A stretch of 63,209 nucleotides of DNA, the filler included, from an uncultured Methanosarcinales archaeon (GTDB lineage: Archaea; Nanobdellota; Nanobdellia; Woesearchaeales; DSVV01), in NCBI GenBank assembly GCA_964593285.1. It is 6 parts of 6 records of this genome, joined end to end, with 100 filler letters (N's around TTAATTAATTAA, not from the genome) between each part and the next. Parts side by side here need not be neighbours in the genome. Positions count along the whole stretch, not along the records: positions 38,463 to 49,155 come from CAZQHZ010000028.1; 5 more parts are not named here. One strand, written 5' to 3'. Shown here piece after piece: positions 40,212 through 49,255 of this stretch. The position numbers and the translations under genes are program-made. Within the stretch, counting starts at the first letter, position 1, and each line of letters begins with the position of its first letter. The notes below the pieces were generated by a model, which was not told the origin of the DNA, did no database searches, and saw only the letters and a program-made list of their open reading frames with translations.

Positions 40212-41780
40212 TTATATGATACTTAAATTAGCAGTTGTATTTTTTTCAATTAATCTAAATAATTTAATCTTACCCTCAGACATACTCTCCATTGAAATAA
40301 GTTTTGTATCATAATATTCAAATACAATATCATCCATATTACCTCTTGGAATTTGAACAAAATATTTAGGAACTGATTCATTTAACTCTCTAAATATTGA
40401 AACCATTACCCTCTTATTTTCATAAAAAGGTGTTGTTCCTGCAAAACTATAGTCGATTATATTAAAAGAAAGAGTAGTTTGAGTTGAAAAAATCACAAAA
40501 GAATTTTCATTAGGTATTTTTTGCATAATTTTTCTAAAATTTTCACCATCATAATCAATCCCTCCATGTTTCAAAAAAAATAAGATATTTAACAAAAACA
40601 CAATAAAAAATAAAAAATAAACAAAAAGTTTAACCGATTTATATTCAAATAAAGAAAATATATTGTAAGCTCCAAGACCTAAACAAAGAAAAAATGTAGA
40701 AGTGTGTGGAATAAAATATCGAGCACCATCGTTTGAATGATAAGAAAGTATAATCAAAGTAAAAGCTAAAAAAGAAAACAAAATATAAAATCTTGGATTA
40801 TTTAAATTTTTTAAATAAAACAATGAAAATAAGAAAATAGGCAAAACAAATATAAAATTATTCAAAAAGAAAAAATCTTTTAAAAAAGAATAATGATTTT
40901 CATCAGGCTTAAGATTTTCTATAGAAACAAATGTTCCATCACTATCACTTTGAATTTTAATCTCAGTTATATTATGTATTAACAAAATTGCAAAAAATAA
41001 TACAAAAATATAATTAAAAAATTTTTGTTTTGATTTAAAACAAGATATGAACATCTTATAATTGAGAACAATGAATAACAAACTAAAAATAATATATTCT
41101 CCCCTTAAAAAACCTAAAAATAATAAACTAAAAATGGCAAGATAAAAAGTTTTTGGTTCTGGTCGAAAATAATATTTAATAACTAAAAAAAATGAAAACA
41201 AAAGAAAAAAAGTAGATATATTAAAAACTTCTGATTCAGTTGATGATTTTAAATAAAATGAATTTACCAAAAAAAGGCAAGATATAAAAAAAGACAACCA
41301 TTTTTTTGAAATTAACAAATATAACAAAAGATATAATAAAACAGGAATAAATATCGCTAAAACAAAATTAAAAATAATTGTCGAAATACTTGAAGCACCA
41401 AAAAGAATAAACAATAAAGATAATATAAATGGATAGCCAGGACTTTTTTCCATTCGATAAGGTAATATACAATCATCTCCATCAAAAAATTCACAAATCT
41501 GATATTTTTGCTCAGTAGCAAGAAAATAACCAGCAGCTTTATAATCATGAGCTCTTGAATTGATATAATCATTTTTTGGAGAAAAAAAGAGTAAAATTAA
41601 AAAAGAAAGTATAATTATGGCTATCAAAAAATATTTATTTTTTTTTAAATCAATTTTTCTTAAAATATTTTTTTTATTAATAAACAACAAATATATAAAA
41701 ATTATCAAAAAAAATAGAAGATAATAAAAAGAATAACTTTGTTCCAATTTTATAAAATAATAATAAAAGGTAAAAAACAT
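40212..41780 (-). CDS. GT-C fold (PMT/ArnT-like) membrane glycosyltransferase
   Basis: Polytopic; KSPGYPFILS, RGE, RYFIP. Start moved to 41780 to avoid overlap with glf. Confidence 0.7.
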   Translation of the reverse strand: MFFTFYYYFIKLEQSYSFYYLLFFLIIFIYLLFINKKNILRKIDLKKNKYFLIAIIILSFLILLFFSPKNDYINSRAHDYKAAGYFLATEQKYQICEFFDGDDCILPYRMEKSPGYPFILSLLFILFGASSISTIIFNFVLAIFIPVLLYLLLYLLISKKWLSFFISCLFLVNSFYLKSSTESEVFNISTFFLLFSFFLVIKYYFRPEPKTFYLAIFSLLFLGFLRGEYIIFSLLFIVLNYKMFISCFKSKQKFFNYIFVLFFAILLIHNITEIKIQSDSDGTFVSIENLKPDENHYSFLKDFFFLNNFIFVLPIFLFSLFYLKNLNNPRFYILFSFLAFTLIILSYHSNDGARYFIPHTSTFFLCLGLGAYNIFSLFEYKSVKLFVYFLFFIVFLLNILFFLKHGGIDYDGENFRKIMQKIPNENSFVIFSTQTTLSFNIIDYSFAGTTPFYENKRVMVSIFRELNESVPKYFVQIPRGNMDDIVFEYYDTKLISMESMSEGKIKLFRLIEKNTTANLSII

Positions 41781-41822
41781 GATGCTATAAAAAATTTTAT
41801 AATTTAAATAATTTATGTTAAA

Positions 41823-42911
41823 ATGTATGATATATTGATAGTTGGAGCAGGGATAACTGGAATCACTCTCGCACAAAAATATGCTGAATTAGGGAAAAAA
41901 ATTCTTTTAATTGATAAGCGAAATCATATTGGTGGAAATTGTTATGACTTTTTAAATCAAAAAGGCCACCTTATACATCCTTATGGACCACATATATTTC
42001 ATACTAATAATGAAAAAGTCTGGCAATATATTTCAAAATTTACAAAATGGAATAATTATAAGCATACTGTCAAAAGTTTTATTAGGGGTAAACTTTATCC
42101 CTTCCCAATAAATATAAATACAATTAATAAATTGTTTGATAAAAATTATGATGAAGTAACAATAAAAAAATTTTTTGATACTAAAAAAACACACATAAAA
42201 AATCCAACGAATGCAAAAGATGTTATACTTAATCAAGTTGGAGAACAATTATACAAACTATTTTTTGAAAAATATACAACAAAGCAGTGGGGAATGTCAC
42301 CTGAAAAATTAAGTCCAGAAATAACTGGAAGAATTAAAATAAAATTAAACAAAAATAATTTTTATTTTACAGATAAATACCAAGGACTTCCTCTTGAAAG
42401 CTATACTTCTCTTTTTAAAAAAATGCTTGATAATAAATATATAACAATAATGCTTAATACAAATTTTAATTCTCTTTCAACTAATATTAAATATAATAAT
42501 GTTATTTTTACAGGTCCAATAGACTCTTTCTTCAATAACAAATATGGAAAACTACCTTATCGCTCTTTGAAGTTTGAAATAAAAAGCTATGAATTTAATA
42601 AATTTCAAAAAACTGCAACAATTAATTATCCTGGTAATGAAAAATATACACGAATTACTGAATTCAAACATATGACATTACAAAATGTAAATGGTACAAC
42701 AACATTAACAGAATTTCCATCTAGCCAAGGTCCGGAATTTTATCCTATTCTTACAACAAAATCTAAAAAATTATTTAAACAATATATGATAGAAGCTAAT
42801 AAAATTAAAAATGTTTACTTTCTTGGAAGATTAGGATCTTTTAGCTATATCAACATGGATAAAGCTGTTGAACTAGCTCTTAGATTTGTTAATATCCAAA
42901 AATTGCAATGA
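41823..42911 (+). CDS. glf: UDP-galactopyranose mutase
   Basis: IVGAGITG, HIGGNCYD, YGPHIFHT, YTTKQWG, LPYRSL, TRITEFKH, GRLG.F.Y.NMD. Confidence 0.97.
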   Translation: MYDILIVGAGITGITLAQKYAELGKKILLIDKRNHIGGNCYDFLNQKGHLIHPYGPHIFHTNNEKVWQYISKFTKWNNYKHTVKSFIRGKLYPFPININTINKLFDKNYDEVTIKKFFDTKKTHIKNPTNAKDVILNQVGEQLYKLFFEKYTTKQWGMSPEKLSPEITGRIKIKLNKNNFYFTDKYQGLPLESYTSLFKKMLDNKYITIMLNTNFNSLSTNIKYNNVIFTGPIDSFFNNKYGKLPYRSLKFEIKSYEFNKFQKTATINYPGNEKYTRITEFKHMTLQNVNGTTTLTEFPSSQGPEFYPILTTKSKKLFKQYMIEANKIKNVYFLGRLGSFSYINMDKAVELALRFVNIQKLQ

Positions 42912-42918
42912 ACATTAA

Positions 42919-43293
42919 CTAAAATAAAATCTTTTTACGAAGAAAATAATTCCATAAAAAAATAATCATACTAGAAAATATTTTTGAAAAAATATAATAC
43001 AAACCCACAATTTCAGTCATCATCCAAAGAATTCCTTGGTTAATAATAAGACCAAAAATACCTATAAATAAAAAAATTCCAAACTCTAAAATTTTATTTG
43101 GTAATTTACTATCTTTAAATATAAATCTTATGCTTAATATATAATTTAAAAAAGCACCTAAAGAAAAACTTATAACTGCAGAATAAAAATAATATATTCC
43201 AACAAAAGAAGTTAATACATAAAGTATAATTATATCTACTAAAAATACAAAAAAACAAATTAACGTGTAATACAAAAAATTATTATTTAGCAT
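42919..43293 (-). CDS. GtrA family lipid-linked sugar flippase
   Basis: 4 TM; NYILS..FIF, SKI...WNY..RK..LF. Confidence 0.9.
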   Translation of the reverse strand: MLNNNFLYYTLICFFVFLVDIIILYVLTSFVGIYYFYSAVISFSLGAFLNYILSIRFIFKDSKLPNKILEFGIFLFIGIFGLIINQGILWMMTEIVGLYYIFSKIFSSMIIFLWNYFLRKKILF

Positions 43294-43960
43294 TTTTTCT
43301 ATTCATATCTATCTCATGAAGTTTTTTTTGATTATGATATACAATTACAACAAGTAATATTAAAAGTAAAAAAATTAAATAGATTATAATTTTAGAAAAA
43401 ATATTTAATATTACAGGATATAAAAATAAAACATTAAGAAAAATTATAAGCAACCTAAATTCAATAGGAGAAAAACCCATAAATGAAGTTGAAAGATCTT
43501 TCTGTAAATCTTTAGTTGCATCATGTATTAAAATAAAACTCATCATAAAGGCACTTGATATTAGAAATAATATCCATATCATTGTACTTTGATTAGGAAA
43601 AACAAAAAGCCATCCCAAAATGATAGATGCCATAAAAAAATAATCAAAAAAATGATCCATATAAAAACCCCACCTGACAAAACCTTGATTTCTCATTCTC
43701 CCTATGGTTCCATCTAGACAATCAAAGATCCATTGCATTACTATCCAAAAAGACGCTATTAAAAAAAACCATTTATTATTTTTACTCAAAAAATAACTTA
43801 AAAAAACAAATAAAGAACAAAAAAGAGTTATAAAAGTTAAAGTCTTAGTGCCTATAAATGAAGGAACATAATTTGCAAGATATTTTGTAATTTTTATCTC
43901 TAAAGGTCTAAAAATAGAATGGTTAATAGATGACAACTGATTTTTCATACACAAGAACAA
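43283..43960 (-). CDS. CDP-alcohol phosphatidyltransferase family protein
   Basis: DCLDGTIGR...GFYMDHFFD signature. Confidence 0.9.
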   Translation of the reverse strand: MFLCMKNQLSSINHSIFRPLEIKITKYLANYVPSFIGTKTLTFITLFCSLFVFLSYFLSKNNKWFFLIASFWIVMQWIFDCLDGTIGRMRNQGFVRWGFYMDHFFDYFFMASIILGWLFVFPNQSTMIWILFLISSAFMMSFILIHDATKDLQKDLSTSFMGFSPIEFRLLIIFLNVLFLYPVILNIFSKIIIYLIFLLLILLVVIVYHNQKKLHEIDMNRKNAK

Positions 43961-44078
43961 AATTTTAATGTTTAAATAATTTTCTAAATATTCAAATAAA
44001 CAGGTTTTTTTTAGTTTGTCTAATTGTCAATGGTTCCTAAAACCAAAAAAAAATAATTATTTAAATAGATCTTAATTC

Positions 44079-44915
44079 ATGTTTTTTATTATGAAATTTA
44101 AATATATGTTAGCACCAATGGAGAAATTTACTGATTCTGCTTTTAGAAACTTAATATATAAGAGAGGTGCTGATTTAACTTTTACAGAAATGGCACGAGT
44201 GAGTGCATTAATAAGAGAAAATTTAAGTACAATTAATCGAACAAAACTAATAGATAAAACACCCACAGTAATACAATTATTACCATTAAAAGAAGTTGAA
44301 CTTGAAAAATACTTAAAAACATTTGAGCCAGAAAAAAACTTTCAAGGATTTAATTTAAATATAGGTTGTCCAAGCACTGAATTAATAAAATTAGGAATGG
44401 GCTGTGCTTTGATAAAAAGACCAACAAAAGTAAAGAAACTTGCAAATATTTTGCTTGATTCTGGTTTTAATACTTCAATAAAATTAAGACTTGGAATGAA
44501 TGAATTTGAAAAAAAACAAAAAGTTTACTTGAATTTAATAAATAAAGTTAATGCTGATTATTTTATTGTTCATGGAAAACATGGAAAAGAAAATGAACAA
44601 GACAAAAATGATTTTTCAATATACAAAGAATGCATAGAAACAAACAAAAATATAATTGCAAACGGTAATATTACAACTAAAAATCAAATTCAAAAATTAA
44701 AAGAACAAGGAATAAAAGGTGTGATGATTGGATGGGGTGCGATAAAAAATCCAAATATTTTTGCAGAATTAAAAAATGAAAAACAAAATAAAAAAGAAAT
44801 TTTATCATTAAATGAATTAAAACAAGAATACTTAAAACTAGCAAAAATACACAAAACAAGAAAGGAAAATATTAATAATATCTTAAAACATACTTTTAAA
44901 AAAACAGCTAGTTAA
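44079..44915 (+). CDS. dus: tRNA-dihydrouridine synthase family protein
   Basis: LAPME..TD.AFR, FTEM, NLNIGCP, SIKLRLG, IVHG, IANGNI, GVMIG. Confidence 0.9.
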   Translation: MFFIMKFKYMLAPMEKFTDSAFRNLIYKRGADLTFTEMARVSALIRENLSTINRTKLIDKTPTVIQLLPLKEVELEKYLKTFEPEKNFQGFNLNIGCPSTELIKLGMGCALIKRPTKVKKLANILLDSGFNTSIKLRLGMNEFEKKQKVYLNLINKVNADYFIVHGKHGKENEQDKNDFSIYKECIETNKNIIANGNITTKNQIQKLKEQGIKGVMIGWGAIKNPNIFAELKNEKQNKKEILSLNELKQEYLKLAKIHKTRKENINNILKHTFKKTAS

Positions 44916-45280
44916 ATGAGTCACTACATTTAATATTAAATTTTATTTTTAATATATTTTGTTCGCTTATTTAATTGAATGTAATTAAAAATAACAACTT
45001 AGAAACGAATTTTCTAAATTACATTTATTTTTTAGAGTTGAAGGTACATTTTTTACCATGTTTTTTAGAACAATTTCTTTAATTATTTTAAAATCAGTTA
45101 ATTTTCTACAATTTTTTGCATCTTTTAAAACACAATTTAAGGACATTTCTATAAATAAATTTTTAACCTTTTTAAATATTTGTATATTAAAAAGTATATT
45201 AAATATATAAAAATATATATTAAATATATAAAAAAGTATATTAAAATAGAAAACTTTAAATATTAATTTTGTTATATTTA

Positions 45281-45355
45281 CTGAAAATCAGAAAAAAATT
45301 ACATAATTAATAAAAAATAAACGAAAATCAGAATTATTTTCTGAAAATCAGAAAA
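45281..45355. promoter_or_regulatory. Three GAAAATCAGAA boxes (the last a TTTTCTGA-AAA-TCAGAAAA palindrome), putative operator
   Basis: Copies at ~45281, 45321 and 45341, between the TATA box (TTTAAATA ~45255) and the AbrB ATG. Confidence 0.65.
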
Positions 45356-45356
45356 A

Positions 45357-45647
45357 ATGAAAAAATATCCCAAAATTGTTCAATGCGATAATCGTGGCCA
45401 AATAGTTATCCCAAAAGAAGTTAGAAAATATCTTGAAATAAATGAAGGAACTGGTTTTTTTATGTTTACAATTAATGAAGAAGGTATTTTATTAAAAAAA
45501 ATTGAAAATAATTCAATAAATGAAAAAGATAATATTATAAAAGAAATAATTGAAAATAAAGAAAAAATTGGAATTAAAAATGAAAATATAACAAAAACAA
45601 TTGAAAATTACAAACCAGAAAAAGAAACTATTTTACAAGAAATTTAA
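45357..45647 (+). CDS. AbrB/MazE/SpoVT family DNA-binding protein
   Basis: DNRGQIVIPKEVRKYLEI.EG...I.LKK. Confidence 0.9.
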   Translation: MKKYPKIVQCDNRGQIVIPKEVRKYLEINEGTGFFMFTINEEGILLKKIENNSINEKDNIIKEIIENKEKIGIKNENITKTIENYKPEKETILQEI

Positions 45648-45648
45648 A

Positions 45649-47697
45649 ATGAAAAATCAAAAAATATTACAAATTAAAATTTTAATTTTAGTATTACTAA
45701 TTAATATTTCAGTTTGTTATTCATTTATTCCAACTAATAATTCACATCTCAATATAACAAACCCTCATTTTGAATGGACATATGATAATGATGAATATAC
45801 TAATTTTTCATTATTAATTTCAACAAATAATGAAATGACAAATTTAGTATATACTAAGAATAATATAACAAATACAGACTATCCAATAACAACTTCTTTA
45901 AATGAAAATACACATTATTGGAGGATAGATGTTTATGTTAATGATACATTGAAAGAAAGTCTTCCAATTAATATATTTACAATTGATACAACACCACCAC
46001 AATTTAATAATTTCCAAACAGAACCGTCTATTTTAAGATATGATTATGAAGATCCATTAATTGTTACAGTCGATTTAGAAGAAAATAATTTACAAGATAG
46101 TCCTAAATGTAAATATAAACTAAATGATGAGTCATTTGATGAATTTGTAGATATGACATCAATTTTAGGTAACGCATACGAATATTCAATTAATGAAAAT
46201 TGGCAAGAGCATGAAGATAAAACATTAACTTATAGATGCATTGCAACAGATTATGCAAATAATATTGCAAATGAAACAAAAACAATTAATATTGTAGTAA
46301 ATGAAAACCCACCAGTATTTGATAATTTAGAAGATATGACTGCAGTACAAAATATTAATCACACATTTTTAGTAAGTGCAATTGATGAAGATGATGATGA
46401 TTTAATTTTTTCAAGTAATGAAGATACAATTAATTTTAATAAAATTGATTCAAAAACAGTAAGAGCACACTGGATACCACAAGAACAACACATTGGTTTT
46501 AATAATATTGAATTTAGTGTATATGATGGAAACCATTATACACATAAAACAGTAGAAATATTTGTTGAACCAAAAGATAAATCACCAACAATAAAAGAGA
46601 TTGGAAATATAGAAGGATATTTACATGTACCAATAATTAAAAACATAGAAGCATATTATGATTACCCACGAAAAAATAAAACTGTTGGTTTATATTTTAC
46701 AACTAAAGAAAATTTACCATGGTTTAAAATAAATACAATGTATAATTTTTCAGACGATACATATATTGGAAAAATAAATGTAACACCACTTCTATCACAT
46801 AAAGGAAAATATAATATAACAATAATTGCAACAGATGGAAAAAATAGTGCAAAAGAAAATATAACATTAAGAATTGGATATTGCGGTGATGTTGATGAAG
46901 ATGGCGAACCTATATGTGATGCTGAATATGAAGATTGTGAAAGTTGTCCTCTAGATTGTGGATATTGTGATACTGAAGAAAAAAAATCTATTGGAATTAT
47001 TACACAAAAGCGAAATTGTTTATATTCTGAATTTACATTAAAAACCTATGAATTATTTGAACGAGCAACTTGTGAAAATAAAGGAAGAATAATTGATAAA
47101 ATGGAAGTTTGCAATGAATTACCTTCTACAACAATCAATATTTATAAACTAGAAAATAAAGAATGGGTTGAAAAAGATAAATATATTACAGATGATAATG
47201 GTAAATTAACTTTTATTCCAGAAACAGAGGGAAATTTTAAAATTGAAGCAGAACATCAAGATTATCAGAAAACAGAAAAATTAATCACTTTTAAAGATTG
47301 TATAGATGTTAAAAAAAATGACACAGATAAAATAAACCAAACATTTGATAATACAACTAATAAAACATTAAATGAAACAGAAGATGAAAAATCAGATAAT
47401 GAAAAAAAAGAAAATACTTCAACTAAACCAATAATTGATAAACCAACAATAATTGATGATGAAGAAAATAAAAAAGAAATAAATACAGTAAATAATTTAA
47501 CAATATTTATTTTTTATATATTTATCCCATCATTATTTATGATTATGATTGTTTTATTATTTTTTTATTACCAAAAAGAAAAAAACAATAATAAACATAT
47601 ATTAAAAATGAGAATTCAATTAATACAATACAAGAAAAAAATTAATCCAATAATTAAAAGATATTGGATTAAAACAAAGGATATAATGGGATTTTAA
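45649..47697 (+). CDS. Surface protein with Ig/cadherin-like domains, Cys-rich motif and C-terminal TM
   Basis: Signal peptide, IDTTPP, N.PPVF, A.D.DDD.L.F, CGD..ICD..EDCESCPLDCG, TM anchor. Confidence 0.8.
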   Translation: MKNQKILQIKILILVLLINISVCYSFIPTNNSHLNITNPHFEWTYDNDEYTNFSLLISTNNEMTNLVYTKNNITNTDYPITTSLNENTHYWRIDVYVNDTLKESLPINIFTIDTTPPQFNNFQTEPSILRYDYEDPLIVTVDLEENNLQDSPKCKYKLNDESFDEFVDMTSILGNAYEYSINENWQEHEDKTLTYRCIATDYANNIANETKTINIVVNENPPVFDNLEDMTAVQNINHTFLVSAIDEDDDDLIFSSNEDTINFNKIDSKTVRAHWIPQEQHIGFNNIEFSVYDGNHYTHKTVEIFVEPKDKSPTIKEIGNIEGYLHVPIIKNIEAYYDYPRKNKTVGLYFTTKENLPWFKINTMYNFSDDTYIGKINVTPLLSHKGKYNITIIATDGKNSAKENITLRIGYCGDVDEDGEPICDAEYEDCESCPLDCGYCDTEEKKSIGIITQKRNCLYSEFTLKTYELFERATCENKGRIIDKMEVCNELPSTTINIYKLENKEWVEKDKYITDDNGKLTFIPETEGNFKIEAEHQDYQKTEKLITFKDCIDVKKNDTDKINQTFDNTTNKTLNETEDEKSDNEKKENTSTKPIIDKPTIIDDEENKKEINTVNNLTIFIFYIFIPSLFMIMIVLLFFYYQKEKNNNKHILKMRIQLIQYKKKINPIIKRYWIKTKDIMGF

Positions 47698-47698
47698 C

Positions 47699-48436
47699 AT
47701 GGATAAAAAAAAAATACTAATTAATAAAGAAAATGAATATTTTATTTATAATGATAAAGATATACATACAAAATATGGTGTCTTAAAAAAAGAAATTATT
47801 GATAAAGAAAAAATTGGAAGTTTGATTAAAACTAATAAAAATAAAGAATTTTACTTAATAAATGCTTCACAAATAGATTTGTATAAAAAAATTAAAAGAA
47901 TACCTCAATTAATGATGTTAAAAGATATTTCATCAATAATTGCATATACTGGAATTAATAAAAAAAGTATTATTGGTGAAGCTGGTGGTGGCTCTGGAGG
48001 ACTTTCTTGTTTTATTTGTAATATTGCAAAGAAAGTTTATAGTTTTGAAATAAATGAAGATTATATTAATTTAATTAAAAAAAATAGTGAAATGCTAAAT
48101 ATAAAAAATTTAATTCTTAAAAAACAGGATGTTTATGAAAAAATAAATGTAAAAAACATAGATGTATTTATTTTAGATTTAGCACAGCCCTACGATGCAG
48201 TTGAAAATGTTTTAAAAACATTAAAAATTGGTGGCTTTATTGTAAATTACTCGCCAAATTTAACACAAACAAAAAAAATCATACAAAAAATAAAACAAAC
48301 AAATAAATGCATCTATATTGAAACAATTGAAACTATCCAACGAGAATGGGAAGTTGATGAATTAAGATTAAGACCTAAATTTAAAATGTTAGGTCATACT
48401 GCCTTTTTAACATTTTTTAGAAAATTAAAAAATTAA
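47699..48436 (+). CDS. trmI: tRNA (adenine-N1)-methyltransferase
   Basis: HTKYG, RIPQ...KD, EAGGGSG, ILDL..P, R.W....LRP...M.GHTAFL.F.RK. Confidence 0.92.
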   Translation: MDKKKILINKENEYFIYNDKDIHTKYGVLKKEIIDKEKIGSLIKTNKNKEFYLINASQIDLYKKIKRIPQLMMLKDISSIIAYTGINKKSIIGEAGGGSGGLSCFICNIAKKVYSFEINEDYINLIKKNSEMLNIKNLILKKQDVYEKINVKNIDVFILDLAQPYDAVENVLKTLKIGGFIVNYSPNLTQTKKIIQKIKQTNKCIYIETIETIQREWEVDELRLRPKFKMLGHTAFLTFFRKLKN

Positions 48437-48463
48437 AAAAAAAAGAAAGGGGGGAAAATATGA

Positions 48464-48844
48464 TTATTTTTTTATTTTATATTTTTTTTCTGTAACATGT
48501 AAATTAATTGCACCAACAATAAATATCCAGCACAAAAAGATCATAAATAAAAATTCTTCTCTATGTAAATTATTTACAAAAACATCTTTTACACTAGACA
48601 CTTTATCCATAATTCCTAAATTAATCGGCTTAAATTCAAATAAAGCATATGCAGTACCAACGTCATCTGTTGGAGCTGCAAGTAAAAAAACAAATAATGA
48701 AGTTAAAAATAACATAGCTAAAAATACTACAAAAATAACATGATTTGCGATAAATTCATGTGGGTGAAAATGATGGTCATGGGTATTTTTACAATTATCT
48801 TTTAATAAAAGATTTTCAAGTCCTTTATTATTTGATTTTTTCAT
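48464..48844 (-). CDS. 2-TM protein with His-rich N-terminal segment
   Basis: HDHHFHPHE then two hydrophobic helices; ATGA-coupled to the upstream gene. Confidence 0.6.
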   Translation of the reverse strand: MKKSNNKGLENLLLKDNCKNTHDHHFHPHEFIANHVIFVVFLAMLFLTSLFVFLLAAPTDDVGTAYALFEFKPINLGIMDKVSSVKDVFVNNLHREEFLFMIFLCWIFIVGAINLHVTEKKYKIKK

Positions 48845-49038
48845 TTTTTAGAATCCTCCTTTTCATCAGATTCTTTTTGCTCTTCAAAATCAATGTACCA
48901 TCTATTAGTATCAGGTTCAAAATTAAATACAACATTATGTTTGTTTTTTTTATTTAAAGCAAATAGAAGTGGCATAGGTATTGTTGTTTCAAAACTAGAG
49001 CCTCTTTTATATAATTTTCTTTTTATTTTTGTAGTCAT
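48841..49038 (-). CDS. Small AbrB-like swapped-hairpin protein
   Basis: RKLYKRGSSFETTIP motif. Confidence 0.65.
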   Translation of the reverse strand: MTTKIKRKLYKRGSSFETTIPMPLLFALNKKNKHNVVFNFEPDTNRWYIDFEEQKESDEKEDSKK

Positions 49039-49155
49039 TTATAAAAGCACCATACTTATCAATATTCAACATAATATACAAATTAATAACTTAACATATT
49101 TATTAATTAAATAGTATATAAATGTTTCTATTTTTTTACATCTATTTTTTATTAT

Positions 49156-49255
49156 NNNNNNNNNNNNNNNNNNNNNNNNNNNNNNNNNNNNNNNNNNNNT
49201 TAATTAATTAANNNNNNNNNNNNNNNNNNNNNNNNNNNNNNNNNNNNNNNNNNNN
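49156..49255. other. Artificial contig linker
   Basis: N-TTAATTAATTAA-N. Confidence 0.98.

Noticed and set aside
45061..45076. TTTTTTAGAACAATTT also present at ~63080
   Set aside because: Low-complexity 16-mer with no extended similarity; likely chance at this AT content.
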